Shown here: piece after piece, positions 1 to 9,000 of the stretch
Position numbering within the stretch: position 1 is the first letter of the stretch
Layout: each line of letters starts with the position of its first letter
NCBI GenBank assembly: GCA_041910055.1
Contig: JAYRRP010000005.1
Coordinates: forward strand, 1 to 50,305
Origin: Candidatus Saccharimonadales bacterium
GTDB lineage: Bacteria; Patescibacteriota; Saccharimonadia; Saccharimonadales; JAYRRP01
Length of the DNA: 50,305 nt
Direction of reading: 5' to 3'
Position numbers and translations under genes: made by a program
Notes under the pieces: generated by a model
Database searches by the model: none
The model's input: only the letters and a program-made list of their open reading frames with translations
Told to the model about the DNA's origin: nothing

Positions 1-96
1 AAAGAAAACCTTAGTTCCAACTCAGAAGATGAGCAAGAAAAAGCCGTTGCTGAACTGTTAGCGTTGTATGAGCTGACAAATGTGAGGGGTAAGTAG
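1..96 (+). CDS. 3' end of an upstream CDS cut by the window edge (...ELLALYELTNVRGK*)
   Basis: Frame 1 is open from base 1 to TAG at 94-96. Its last codons (gaggggtaag) also look like the SD for the next gene. Only 31 aa are visible, so no family can be called. Confidence 0.3.
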   Translation, partial: KENLSSNSEDEQEKAVAELLALYELTNVRGK

Positions 97-98
97 CT

Positions 99-467
99 AT
101 GAAGTTATTTGCAGCTATTAAGAATGCCCTGGTCCTACTAGCTGTTGTGCTACTCAACTCGCTGACTTTTGTCGGTCATTCGGCTGCAGTGAGCACGATG
201 TCGCACGAAATGGGCGGTATGAAGCACACGTCAAGCGATGCAACTTCGTGTGCAGCTCTTTGCCGTACAGCAGTTCTTAGTAAAGAAGAGGTTGCTATCA
301 GGAATGATGAGAGTGAAGACGATGATGAGCTGGCGATACCGTTTTACGCACAGAGCCAGCCATTACAACAAGATGAAAAATCCGTTTCGCAACGGCTTTA
401 TGCTGCTGAAATAAAACCGCCGCCGAAGATACCAATTTATATACTCTATGGTGTTTTCAGGGCGTGA
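99..467 (+). CDS. small secreted/anchored protein with a Met/His/Cys-rich segment, function unknown
   Basis: ORF track. It has an N-terminal hydrophobic signal-like helix (ALVLLAVVLLNSLTFVG), then MSHEMGGMKHTSSDATSCAALC, then an acidic stretch. It is the first gene of the metal operon. Confidence 0.5.
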   Translation: MKLFAAIKNALVLLAVVLLNSLTFVGHSAAVSTMSHEMGGMKHTSSDATSCAALCRTAVLSKEEVAIRNDESEDDDELAIPFYAQSQPLQQDEKSVSQRLYAAEIKPPPKIPIYILYGVFRA

Positions 468-516
468 GAATATGTTTGTTCTAGCAAACATTTCTTAAAC
501 GTAACTTGGAGGACCA

Positions 517-1659
517 ATGAGTAAAAAATATCTAAGGCTGACCGGTGGAATAGCGGTCCTGCTTTTAGCGACAGGTGCATTTCTGTTTTACTCTTTCACT
601 GGAGCCACAAATATCGGCGATAAAGTATATGTTGCAGCCGAAGACGCTGGCAGGATTGATGTAATTAGCACTAAATCACGTTCTGTTAAAGCAAAGATAG
701 ATTTGTCACAAAAACAGGGTGATAAGACCTATATGTATATGGCGCATAACGTGCAGGTAGCACCCGATGGCAAAAGTGTATGGGTTACTGCCAACGCTAT
801 GTCTGACGAACACACGAGCTTTCGCACAAAGGTACAAAATATATTGTCACCTACTGCATATGCCGACAATGGACACGAAGAAAGCACAGCTAATGACCAG
901 CTAATTGTAATTGACCCATTCACGGACAAAATTACAAAGCGGATAGATATTGGCTCAAACCTGCATCTCGCCCACGTTGTACTGACGCCTGACAGTAAAT
1001 ATGCCGTGGCTGTGGCACAGGAAAAAGGCGAAATATATAAAGTAGATGCAAATAACTACCAGATAGTGAGTACCATACCAACCAGGCAGAATGCAGAACC
1101 TCACGGGCTGAGGATGACATCGGATGGAAGAAATGTATATATAGCGATGATGGGCGATAAAAGCATTGGTCAGTTGAATTTGGAAACAGCTAGCCTGACG
1201 TATATTCCGCTAAGTGGTAAGCCAGTACAGACTGGCGTAAGTGCAGACGGTAAGTATGCACTGGCAACAGTTTTTGATACTAGGAGCGTGGCTGTCTATA
1301 ACATTCCGCAAAAACAACTTAACTACATTGACCTACCTAAAGAAGCAAAAGGACCACTTCAACTTTACCCAACACCCGATGCAAAGTACGCCTTTGTTGC
1401 CGACCAGGGTAATTACTTCGGGCAACCGGATGGAGATAAAGTCTATAAGGTTGACCTACAACAACTAAAAGTCGTTGAGACAATTAAGGTTGGTACTGCA
1501 CCACACGGCGTTGTTGTTTCGCCTGATGGTAAAACCGTATATGTCACCAACCTTGTCAGTAATGACGTATCCATAGTTGATACAGCTACCAATAAGGAAG
1601 TGGGTAGGGTCTCAACGGGTGCGAAGCCGAACGGCATAAGCTATTGGGTTAAGAAGTAA
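517..1659 (+). CDS. YVTN-type beta-propeller repeat protein, N-terminally anchored
   Basis: An N-terminal TM helix is followed by repeated PDGK..Y/V..N/A blades (VAPDGKSVWVTAN, LTPDSKYAVAVAQ, VSPDGKTVYVTNLVSNDVSIVDTATNKEV), typical of the YVTN/YncE-like propeller family. An SD-like ggagg lies upstream of the ATG. Confidence 0.75.
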   Translation: MSKKYLRLTGGIAVLLLATGAFLFYSFTGATNIGDKVYVAAEDAGRIDVISTKSRSVKAKIDLSQKQGDKTYMYMAHNVQVAPDGKSVWVTANAMSDEHTSFRTKVQNILSPTAYADNGHEESTANDQLIVIDPFTDKITKRIDIGSNLHLAHVVLTPDSKYAVAVAQEKGEIYKVDANNYQIVSTIPTRQNAEPHGLRMTSDGRNVYIAMMGDKSIGQLNLETASLTYIPLSGKPVQTGVSADGKYALATVFDTRSVAVYNIPQKQLNYIDLPKEAKGPLQLYPTPDAKYAFVADQGNYFGQPDGDKVYKVDLQQLKVVETIKVGTAPHGVVVSPDGKTVYVTNLVSNDVSIVDTATNKEVGRVSTGAKPNGISYWVKK

Positions 1660-1691
1660 GCATAAATAGAATTGTAATAAGGAGTTATGTG

Positions 1692-2129
1692 ATGAAGAAA
1701 GAAACCATAATCACAGGGTTACTAGGACTGTTAATCGGTGTAATAATAGCTGGATTTGCGGCAGGACAGGCTGTAAACAATAGCAATACGGGAATGATGC
1801 GTATGATGGGTATGCATACCGACACCTCAGAACCGCAAGCCGCTACAAACCACGACGAAATGTCTATGAGTGAAATGACCGAACAACTAAAAAACAAAAC
1901 AGGAGATGACTTTGATAAAGCCTTCGTAGAGATGATGATTAGCCATCACGAGGGAGCAGTAGCTATGGCTGAGCTTATTCCTTCTCGTGCAAAACACGAT
2001 GAAGTTAAGAAGCTAGGTGAAGCCATCATTTCTGCCCAGACTAAAGAGATTGCTGATATGCAGCAATGGCAAAAGGACTGGGGCTACTCTACTGATGAAA
2101 GTATGCAAATGATGCACGGGAGCCATTAA
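1692..2129 (+). CDS. DUF305-family protein (four-helix, metal-associated), secreted/anchored
   Basis: The motif DFDKAFVEMMISHHEGAVAMAE matches the DUF305 signature as I remember it. The ORF track starts at GTG 1689, but ATG 1692 sits 7 nt after the SD aaggag (1679-1684) and is preferred. Confidence 0.8.
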   Translation: MKKETIITGLLGLLIGVIIAGFAAGQAVNNSNTGMMRMMGMHTDTSEPQAATNHDEMSMSEMTEQLKNKTGDDFDKAFVEMMISHHEGAVAMAELIPSRAKHDEVKKLGEAIISAQTKEIADMQQWQKDWGYSTDESMQMMHGSH

Positions 2130-2130
2130 G

Positions 2131-2235
2131 ATGAATGATAAACACCCTATATACCAAAGAGTGCTGTACTGGGCGTGCTGGATTATCCTAGCGTGCATCA
2201 TAGCGTTTGCAGCGATAAAACTGATAGGAGGTTAG
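2131..2235 (+). CDS. 34-aa single-TM mini-protein (MNDKHPIYQRVLYWACWIILACIIAFAAIKLIGG)
   Basis: Hand-translated and below the ORF-track cutoff. The ATG is 2 nt after the DUF305 stop. Its last codons (ataggaggt) form the SD of the next gene. Confidence 0.35.
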   Translation: MNDKHPIYQRVLYWACWIILACIIAFAAIKLIGG

Positions 2236-2239
2236 CAGA

Positions 2240-2443
2240 ATGTCTCACACAAGCAATAAGGGAAAGCTAGTCAGTGCAAAGTACGGTGAGTGGCAAGCGT
2301 CGTTATTTGGGGCTTGCTTTATTGCCTTTGGGCTTGGTGTTCTACTACATCGCTTTATCGGTAATTTTGCTTGGCTGATAATCGTCCTAGGCGTGTTACT
2401 ACACAGCTGGGGTATGAAAAAGACATATGAAAGGAACAAATAG
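2240..2443 (+). CDS. 67-aa two-TM membrane protein
   Basis: ORF track. Two hydrophobic helices are visible, and the SD aggagg lies 8 nt upstream (2226-2231). Confidence 0.5.
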   Translation: MSHTSNKGKLVSAKYGEWQASLFGACFIAFGLGVLLHRFIGNFAWLIIVLGVLLHSWGMKKTYERNK

Positions 2444-2445
2444 AC

Positions 2446-3294
2446 GTGGAAAAAGACGTAAATGACGATAAAAAAGGACCACAAGAGAAAAGTGGCAAAT
2501 CACTGAGGTTTAACAAAAAGGTCGCAATTTACATTGCATCTTTTATTGCAGCGGTTGTGGTACTTGCTGGCGGGGTATATGGCTACATATACGCCTCAAC
2601 GCCCGAACATATCAGGAAGCCAACCTATCAGCACTATCATTTTCGTACCCAGATACTTGTAAATGGTAAAGCTGTGGACTTTTCAAAAGAAGAGTTTCAA
2701 AAAGAAACAGCAGCATCTACAACCTGTAGTGCAGCTGTAGGCGGCGTGCCTATAGACTTTCACGACAAGATGGACCAATTAACGCACGTTCACTGGAGCG
2801 GTATGACTGGCGGCGAGTTTCTCAAGGACTTTGGCTGGAACTTCATTGGGGGCAGTGATGAGCTGTTGGGGCGGCGTTATGATGCAGGTGTAAAGCCTCA
2901 ACCAGTAAAGATATATGGTAAATTGTTGCCTGCGATACCTGACAATACTAACTACTTTGTTTATGTGGGTGACAAAAACAGCTACCAACAAAAGAGTTGG
3001 AATGATTTTCTAAACCAGGACCTTGAAACGTTTTTTGGCAAGAAAAGTAACATTGGTCATAGTGAGGAGGTTTCATTTAACACTGTTGTGAACTGGCTGT
3101 TTCCAAAAGCCTATGCACACGGCGAGGTGATGGACGAGCACCCATCTGGCAAGTCAGAGGAGGAGCTAACACGCATTAACAATGTAATAGGTAATGTGGT
3201 CATATTCACACAAGAAAAAGAGCCTACCAAAGAACAAATAAAAGCACGATTTGACAACTTAGTACCGCTGCACGACAGCACTTGCGGAGATTAA
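2446..3294 (+). CDS. N-terminally anchored extracytoplasmic protein with His clusters, function unknown
   Basis: The GTG start is 3 nt after the previous stop. It has one TM helix (VAIYIASFIAAVVVLAGGVYGYIY) and the segments HYHFRTQILVNGKAV and HDKMDQLTHVHWSG. Confidence 0.6.
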   Translation: MEKDVNDDKKGPQEKSGKSLRFNKKVAIYIASFIAAVVVLAGGVYGYIYASTPEHIRKPTYQHYHFRTQILVNGKAVDFSKEEFQKETAASTTCSAAVGGVPIDFHDKMDQLTHVHWSGMTGGEFLKDFGWNFIGGSDELLGRRYDAGVKPQPVKIYGKLLPAIPDNTNYFVYVGDKNSYQQKSWNDFLNQDLETFFGKKSNIGHSEEVSFNTVVNWLFPKAYAHGEVMDEHPSGKSEEELTRINNVIGNVVIFTQEKEPTKEQIKARFDNLVPLHDSTCGD

Positions 3295-3295
3295 A

Positions 3296-5320
3296 ATGGA
3301 ACACACGCACCACGCACACCAACACGATGAACACCAGGAACACGATAAACACGCTGGTCATTCGGTGGCTATGTTTAGGGATAAGTTTTGGTTATCGCTA
3401 ATTTTGACTATACCTGTACTTGCATATAGCGAAATGATACAGCACTGGCTGAACTTTACGCCGCCAGCCTTTCCAGGCTCGCAATATGTGCCATTTGTGT
3501 TTAGCACCATCATCTTTTTCTATGGTGGTCTAGTGTTCATAAAGGGTGCGTGGGGTGAGCTAAAAGCCAAATTGCCAGGTATGATGACGCTTATCAGCCT
3601 GGCAATAATCACGGCTTATGTGTATAGCGTAGCAACGCAGTTTTGGCTATCTGGCGAGGGTTTCTTTTGGGAATTGGCAACCTTGATAACCATTATGCTG
3701 CTGGGGCATTGGCTAGAAATGGCGTCTATTGCCAAAGCCGAGAACGCCCTTGATGCAATATCCAAGCTCCTACCTGATAAGGCTGAAAAGCTAGTCAATG
3801 GGAAACCAAAACAAGTGCTAGTAAGCGAGCTGAAAGTTGGCGACCTGGTACTGATACGACCTGGCTCAAATATCCCTGTAGATGGAACAATCACAAATGG
3901 AAGTTCATCTGTAAATGAAGCTGCAATAACAGGAGAAAGTAAGCCAACAAGTAAAGCTGTTGGCGATGAGGTTGTTGCGGGTACGATTAACCAAGATGGC
4001 TCATTGACAGTTAAAGTTATGAAACTTGGCGAAGATACAACACTGGCTGGCATTATGCGTTTGGTTGCTGATGCTCAAAGTTCCAAGTCCAACGTACAGG
4101 TATTAGCAGACAAGGCAGCATTTGCACTTACTATCATTGCGATAGCAACGAGCATTATTACTTTTATCTACTGGCTCGTTACAAAGGATGCGGCATTTGC
4201 ACTAGAACGCTCAGTAACTGTGCTGATTATCGCTTGCCCTCACGCTCTTGGTTTGGCAGTTCCATTGGTCGTTTCTATATCCACTACAATCTCAGCACGC
4301 AATGGTTTACTGGTTCGTAAGCGTTTAGCACTGGAAGCTGCCCGTATGTTAGATTGGGTGCTCTTTGATAAAACAGGCACACTTACCAAAGGCGAACACG
4401 GCGTAACGGATATTTGGGCAACAAAGGGTTATACCAAAGAAGATATTTTGCATCTTACGGCGAGCCTTGAGCAGAATAGCGAGCATATTGTCGGTAAGGG
4501 TATTGTGAGCGAGGCTCAAAAGAAGCACGTCCACTTGGATAAGGTTGAAGATTTTTCTGCCATACCTGGGTTAGGCGTTAAAGGAAAGCTACACGGTCAC
4601 GATAACTTCGTAGCTGCAAGTTACCGCTACATCAAAGAGAATAAGCTCAAAGTACCTGCTGATATTGAGCGATATTCAAAGCAAGCCGCTAAAGACGGCA
4701 AGACCGAGGTGTACCTAATCAAGGATGGCAAAGTAGTGATTGGTGCAATCGCCCTAGCCGATGTAGTTCGTGAGCAGTCCAAACAAACTATTGCCGCACT
4801 CAAAGCTGAGGGTATAAAGACCGCTATGGTTACTGGGGATAGCCAGGACGTTGCGGCATACGTGGCAAAGCAGTTAGGTTTAGACCAGTATTTTGCCGAG
4901 GTACGACCAGAAGATAAAGCTAATAAAGTTAAAGAACTACAGAAAACTGGCAGCAAAGTAGCCTTTGTTGGCGATGGTATTAACGACGCACCTGCATTGA
5001 CTACTGCTGACATTGGAATGGCAATTGGAGCTGGTACGGACGTGGCTATTAAGTCGGCTGATATTATCTTAGTTAAGAGCGACCCACGAGATGTAATAAA
5101 GGTCATACACTTGTCTAAAGCAACTTATCGCAAGATGACACAGAACCTAATCTGGGCTACTGGGTACAATGTCGTTGCCATTCCTCTAGCTGCTGGTGTG
5201 CTGTACTCGTCTGGCATTTTGCTATCGCCAGCAGTAGGTGCTGTCTTGATGTCGCTTTCAACTGTAATTGTAGCTATAAACGCTCAGTTATTAAGACGAG
5301 TAAATCTAAAGGGGGTGTAA
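3296..5320 (+). CDS. copB: P1B-type heavy-metal (copper) translocating ATPase, CopB-like
   Basis: It has a His-rich N-terminus ([22 protein letters not shown]) instead of a CxxC domain. Other motifs are the CPH transmembrane motif ([13 protein letters not shown]), TGES, the DKTGTLT phosphorylation site and the GDGINDAP hinge. Confidence 0.95.
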   Translation: MEHTHHAHQHDEHQEHDKHAGHSVAMFRDKFWLSLILTIPVLAYSEMIQHWLNFTPPAFPGSQYVPFVFSTIIFFYGGLVFIKGAWGELKAKLPGMMTLISLAIITAYVYSVATQFWLSGEGFFWELATLITIMLLGHWLEMASIAKAENALDAISKLLPDKAEKLVNGKPKQVLVSELKVGDLVLIRPGSNIPVDGTITNGSSSVNEAAITGESKPTSKAVGDEVVAGTINQDGSLTVKVMKLGEDTTLAGIMRLVADAQSSKSNVQVLADKAAFALTIIAIATSIITFIYWLVTKDAAFALERSVTVLIIACPHALGLAVPLVVSISTTISARNGLLVRKRLALEAARMLDWVLFDKTGTLTKGEHGVTDIWATKGYTKEDILHLTASLEQNSEHIVGKGIVSEAQKKHVHLDKVEDFSAIPGLGVKGKLHGHDNFVAASYRYIKENKLKVPADIERYSKQAAKDGKTEVYLIKDGKVVIGAIALADVVREQSKQTIAALKAEGIKTAMVTGDSQDVAAYVAKQLGLDQYFAEVRPEDKANKVKELQKTGSKVAFVGDGINDAPALTTADIGMAIGAGTDVAIKSADIILVKSDPRDVIKVIHLSKATYRKMTQNLIWATGYNVVAIPLAAGVLYSSGILLSPAVGAVLMSLSTVIVAINAQLLRRVNLKGV

Positions 5321-5475
5321 TGAACGAGCAGAAATATCAATGTTCTGAATGTGGGCTACACTATGAAGATAAAGAAATAGCTGAAAAGTGCGAAAAATGG
5401 TGTAGTGAAACTCAAAGCTGCAACCTAGAAATAACACAATACTCTATTGAAAGTAAAAACTCGCATAAAAAATAG
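5320..5475 (+). CDS. 51-aa Cys-rich protein ([51 protein letters not shown])
   Basis: Hand-translated and below the ORF-track cutoff. Its ATG overlaps the copB stop (gtTAATGaac). Cys spacing is C-x2-C-x12-C-x3-C-x5-C. Confidence 0.5.
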   Translation: MNEQKYQCSECGLHYEDKEIAEKCEKWCSETQSCNLEITQYSIESKNSHKK

Positions 5476-5632
5476 GCATTGCTGCCTAGAGGTTTGAAAA
5501 TCTGAACCGACTTATATCAAATTGTCGGCAAGTTGGAATTGTTCAGCTAGGTGCTTTAGCTTATAATCCTCTTGAGCAAGCGTAGCTGCCGTTTGAAATG
5601 CGTCAACTATGTTGCACCATACGAGTAAAATC

Positions 5633-5654
5633 AGACGCTTCGGCGTCTTTTTTG
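5633..5654. terminator. bidirectional intrinsic terminator
   Basis: The hairpin agacgc-ttcg-gcgtct is followed by TTTTTT on the + strand and preceded by an A-run. It could end both the + metal operon and the - strand tRNA pair. Confidence 0.6.
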
Positions 5655-5704
5655 TTTGACATTCTCAGTTTAAGCAATCCTACTAATACTTTTGCAAGAA
5701 AGTG

Positions 5705-5792
5705 TGGTGGGCGAGGAGGGACTCGAACCCTCAAGGCTTATTCAGCCAACGGATTTTAAGTCCGTCGCGTATACCAGTTCCGCCACTCGCCC
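5705..5792 (-). tRNA. tRNA-Leu (anticodon UAA), class II long variable arm, CCA encoded
   Basis: The reverse complement folds by hand. Acceptor is GGGCGAG/CTCGCCC, the anticodon arm is ACGGA-CTTAAAA-TCCGT, the variable arm is GGCT-GAATA-AGCC, the T arm is GAGGG-TTCGAGT-CCCTC, and the 3' end is ACCA. Confidence 0.9.
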
Positions 5793-5836
5793 AGAATAAG
5801 GGTTCCCTCAGCGAGAGGATTCGCTGAAGGGTGTTC

Positions 5837-5910
5837 TGGAGGCGCGTACCGGAGTCGCACCGGTGTACAGGGTTTTGCAGACCCTTGCCTAACTCCTCGG
5901 CCAACGCGCC
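5837..5910 (-). tRNA. tRNA-Cys (anticodon GCA), CCA encoded
   Basis: In the reverse complement the acceptor is GGCGCGT/ACGCGCC, the anticodon arm is AGGGT-CTGCAAA-ACCCT, and the T arm is ACCGG-TGCGACT-CCGGT. The discriminator is U73 (a Cys identity element), followed by CCA. Confidence 0.85.
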
Positions 5911-6016
5911 GCGCGGAAGACTTTATTATCTTAACAAAACTACTCAGTAACTCCCACACTGTTTGAGATAAATCTAAACTGATCCGATTCAATTGTAGGA
6001 GCGCTTATGTATAAGT

Positions 6017-6022
6017 TATAAT
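6017..6022 (+). promoter_or_regulatory. -10-like TATAAT box 6 nt upstream of the GTG of the giant gene
   Basis: The sequence is gttTATAATaaacggGTG with no SD, so the transcript may be leaderless. Confidence 0.3.
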
Positions 6023-6028
6023 AAACGG

Positions 6029-9000
6029 GTGAAACAAAGGTGCAGTGCCATCCGGCACAAGGCTGGTGTTTACTCTGTTGTTGCTATTTTCAGCGTTGCC
6101 AGTCTTCTCGGACTCGTTACTTTCCTGATACATAAAGCTTCTGCTTCTTCGCTACCGAATCTCTTGGTTGGAAGCTATCAGTGTAATGCTAGTAATATTT
6201 GTACTTCCTATGACGCGGTTGGGACGACCATCGGTACTGGCGGTTCAGCAGGTATTATTCCGCTACCAACCGGTTTTGGTACACCCCAGGCAGTGATGGC
6301 GAACCAGGCCAATGTCAGTACCACAGGCACCTTTACGACGCCTTTTTTGCGCATTGCTGGTATGGGCGCTAATAAATCTAAAGGCTTGATTGACAGTGGT
6401 TCCACTCTCTCTACTACTTCAGTTTTGAGCTTTAGCACTGATAGCTTTACTGTCGGGTCAAATCTTTACACTAATGGCGTGCGCTATGGTTTTGTGGCAC
6501 TCCGGGCGGCTGGCGGGTTAACCTCTGACGACAACTTCGCCTATGGCACCTACACTGGTAACGGTTTAGATGACCGCGATATCTCCATCAATGCCAGTTG
6601 GGCACCGGACCTAGTCCTGATCGTCCGCGATGGCGGCGGGTCGGCTTCTCCGGTTTGGCGAAATAATAGCGCTGCTCACAGTGGAGATTCGACAGCATAC
6701 TTTAATACCGCCGCTAATGTCACCGGACGCATAAAGAGTCTTGATCCGACCGGATCGGGCGGTTATTTTCGGGTCGGCACTGGTGCCGAGGTCAATTCCA
6801 GCGCTGCCAGCTCGAACTACTATTGGATTGCTCTCAAAAATCTAACAGGTTCTATCTACACCAGCAGTTACGCTGGTGATGGTACCGACAACCGGAATAT
6901 TGTGGCAGGCGACACTTTTACGCCGGATTATGCCTGGACGAAGCACACTGGTGCCAACCAAGGCGTCAATCGCTATTCGCATCAGACGGGTGACTTATCA
7001 CAGACTTTTCAAGGAACGGGTACAGTCAACATCATCCAAGCCTTAAATTCGACTGGTTTCCAGGTGGGTAGTCACGCCTATGTCAATACAAATGGTAGCG
7101 GCACGCAAAACTATGGCTATTTAAACCTTAAAAGCCGTACGACCCTTGCCGCAACGAACTCGACTTTCACGCAATCAGCTTACCGCTGGATGACCAATAA
7201 TAACGCCACCACTGTCGGCGCAGCACTAGCCAATCAAGACACTGCCATGACCGCACCGTCGCAGGGGAATCCGTTCCGTTTGCGTATGTTGATGCACGTG
7301 GCTACCGATACTTACTATCAAGACACCACGAGTTTCAAACTTCAAGTGGCGGCTCGGGGCGTTGATAATTCATGCGATACCAGTTTCTCAGGCGAGACTT
7401 ACAGTGATGTCACACAAGGCTCTGGCGTGATTCGCTATTACAATAATTCCACTCCGGTCGATAATGCAGCTCTGACCACCAACGGCAGCGACCCGACCCA
7501 CAGTGGCCACACTGTGGTGGCGCAGAGCTATGAGGAGAGCAATACCTTCGCTAATACTGTGGCCCAAATCCCCAGTGGGCAGGACGGGGAGTGGGATTTC
7601 TCTCTGGTCGATAATTCAGCTGCTAATGATACGACATATTGTTTTAGGGCGGTTAAAAGCGACGGCAGCCTGCTCGATACTTATTCAGTTATACCGGAGC
7701 TGACCACTGCGCCCAGCGGCAGCATTACAATTAGCAGCCCATCGGACTACCAATTACTGCAACGTAATGGTTCCAACCAGGCCAATATTGCTATCTCAGG
7801 CACCTATACCGGCTCACCGACCTCGATTGAAGCCCGCTTTAATGGTGGCAGCTGGAGCACTATTGTCGCTTCGCCTTCCAGCGGAAGTTATAGCGGCACC
7901 TTGAGCAGCCAGTCGGCTGGCCAGGGTAGTGTCGAAGTCCGTTTTAGTAATGCCACTTCGATTACCACCAGCAAGTCTTATGTCGGCATTGGCGATCTCT
8001 TTGTGATTGCCGGTGATAGTAACGGCGTCGGCCAGGGTACTAGTAATCAAAGCTACTCACATGCTAGTCTCAAGGCCAGTCTTTTCAAAAATAATGACAG
8101 TTGGGGCGAACTAGTTGATCCGACTGACAGCAACACTGGCCAGAGTGGTTCGCGAGCTAGTTATGATACCAGCATCGGGGGCTCTTTCTGGCCACTTTTA
8201 GCGACTAAATACATGGCCGATCGCGGTATTCCGGTCGGTTTTATTGCCGCAGCGAAGAATGGCTCGGCTATCAGCGGTGCAGCCAGCTCTACGTCTTGGC
8301 AGCGCAAGACGGCTAGCCCGACCGACACCACAACGCTCTATGGAGATATGTATACCAAGATCACGGCTGCCGGCGGTAGCGTCAAGGCCGTACTTTTCTT
8401 CGAGGGGGCGAATGATCTGAGAATAGTTACGCCGAGTAATTATTCTCTTTATCAGACTTACGTTAATACCTTTGTGAATGATGTGATGAGCGACTTCGGT
8501 GTTAAAACGATGCACAGCATCGTCGGTGACTGTATTCCCGCTTACTTTGCTGACTGCGGACCATTGAGCGATATCCACTACTCGCGACAGGTAATTTATG
8601 ACGTCTGGGGCACAAACAGTAATATCTTCCCAGGCCCGACGCTGTATGACATCAACAAAGATAGTCCGGACGGTGATGGCATACATTATCGCTCGAATTC
8701 TGTGCTGCAAACGGTGGCTGATCGCACCTGGCTGGCGATTCGCAAGCAATTTTATGACAGTAGTACTGACGCTCGAGGGCCGCAACTGACTTCGGCCCAA
8801 TACAATGCTGCTAAAACCAAAGTCTATCTAAAATTTACTGACGATAGCTTGCCGATATTACCGACTTCGAGTGCTGGCGGCATCGTCGTTTATGACAACG
8901 GCTCGCCGATGACGATTAGCTCAACTACGCGGACCGCCAATGATACCATGCTGGTTAATCTCTCGGGTGCCGCCAGTGGGACGATGACGGTTTCGATTTG

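Noticed and set aside
5756-5992. 78-aa minus-strand ORF from the track
   Set aside because: It lies directly over tRNA-Leu and tRNA-Cys and their spacer, has no SD, and its peptide is Arg-rich and low-complexity. It is an artefact of the tRNA sequences.
8198-8800. 200-aa antisense ORF inside the giant gene. The same applies to 15900-16397, 16100-16417, 20420-20947, 18192-18713, 24466-24852, 4627-5106, 3616-4053 and similar
   Set aside because: These are shadow ORFs opposite well-supported genes. They have Arg/Ser/Pro- or Gly-rich composition and no SD sites. The one at 18192 simply mirrors the poly-Pro tract as poly-Gly.
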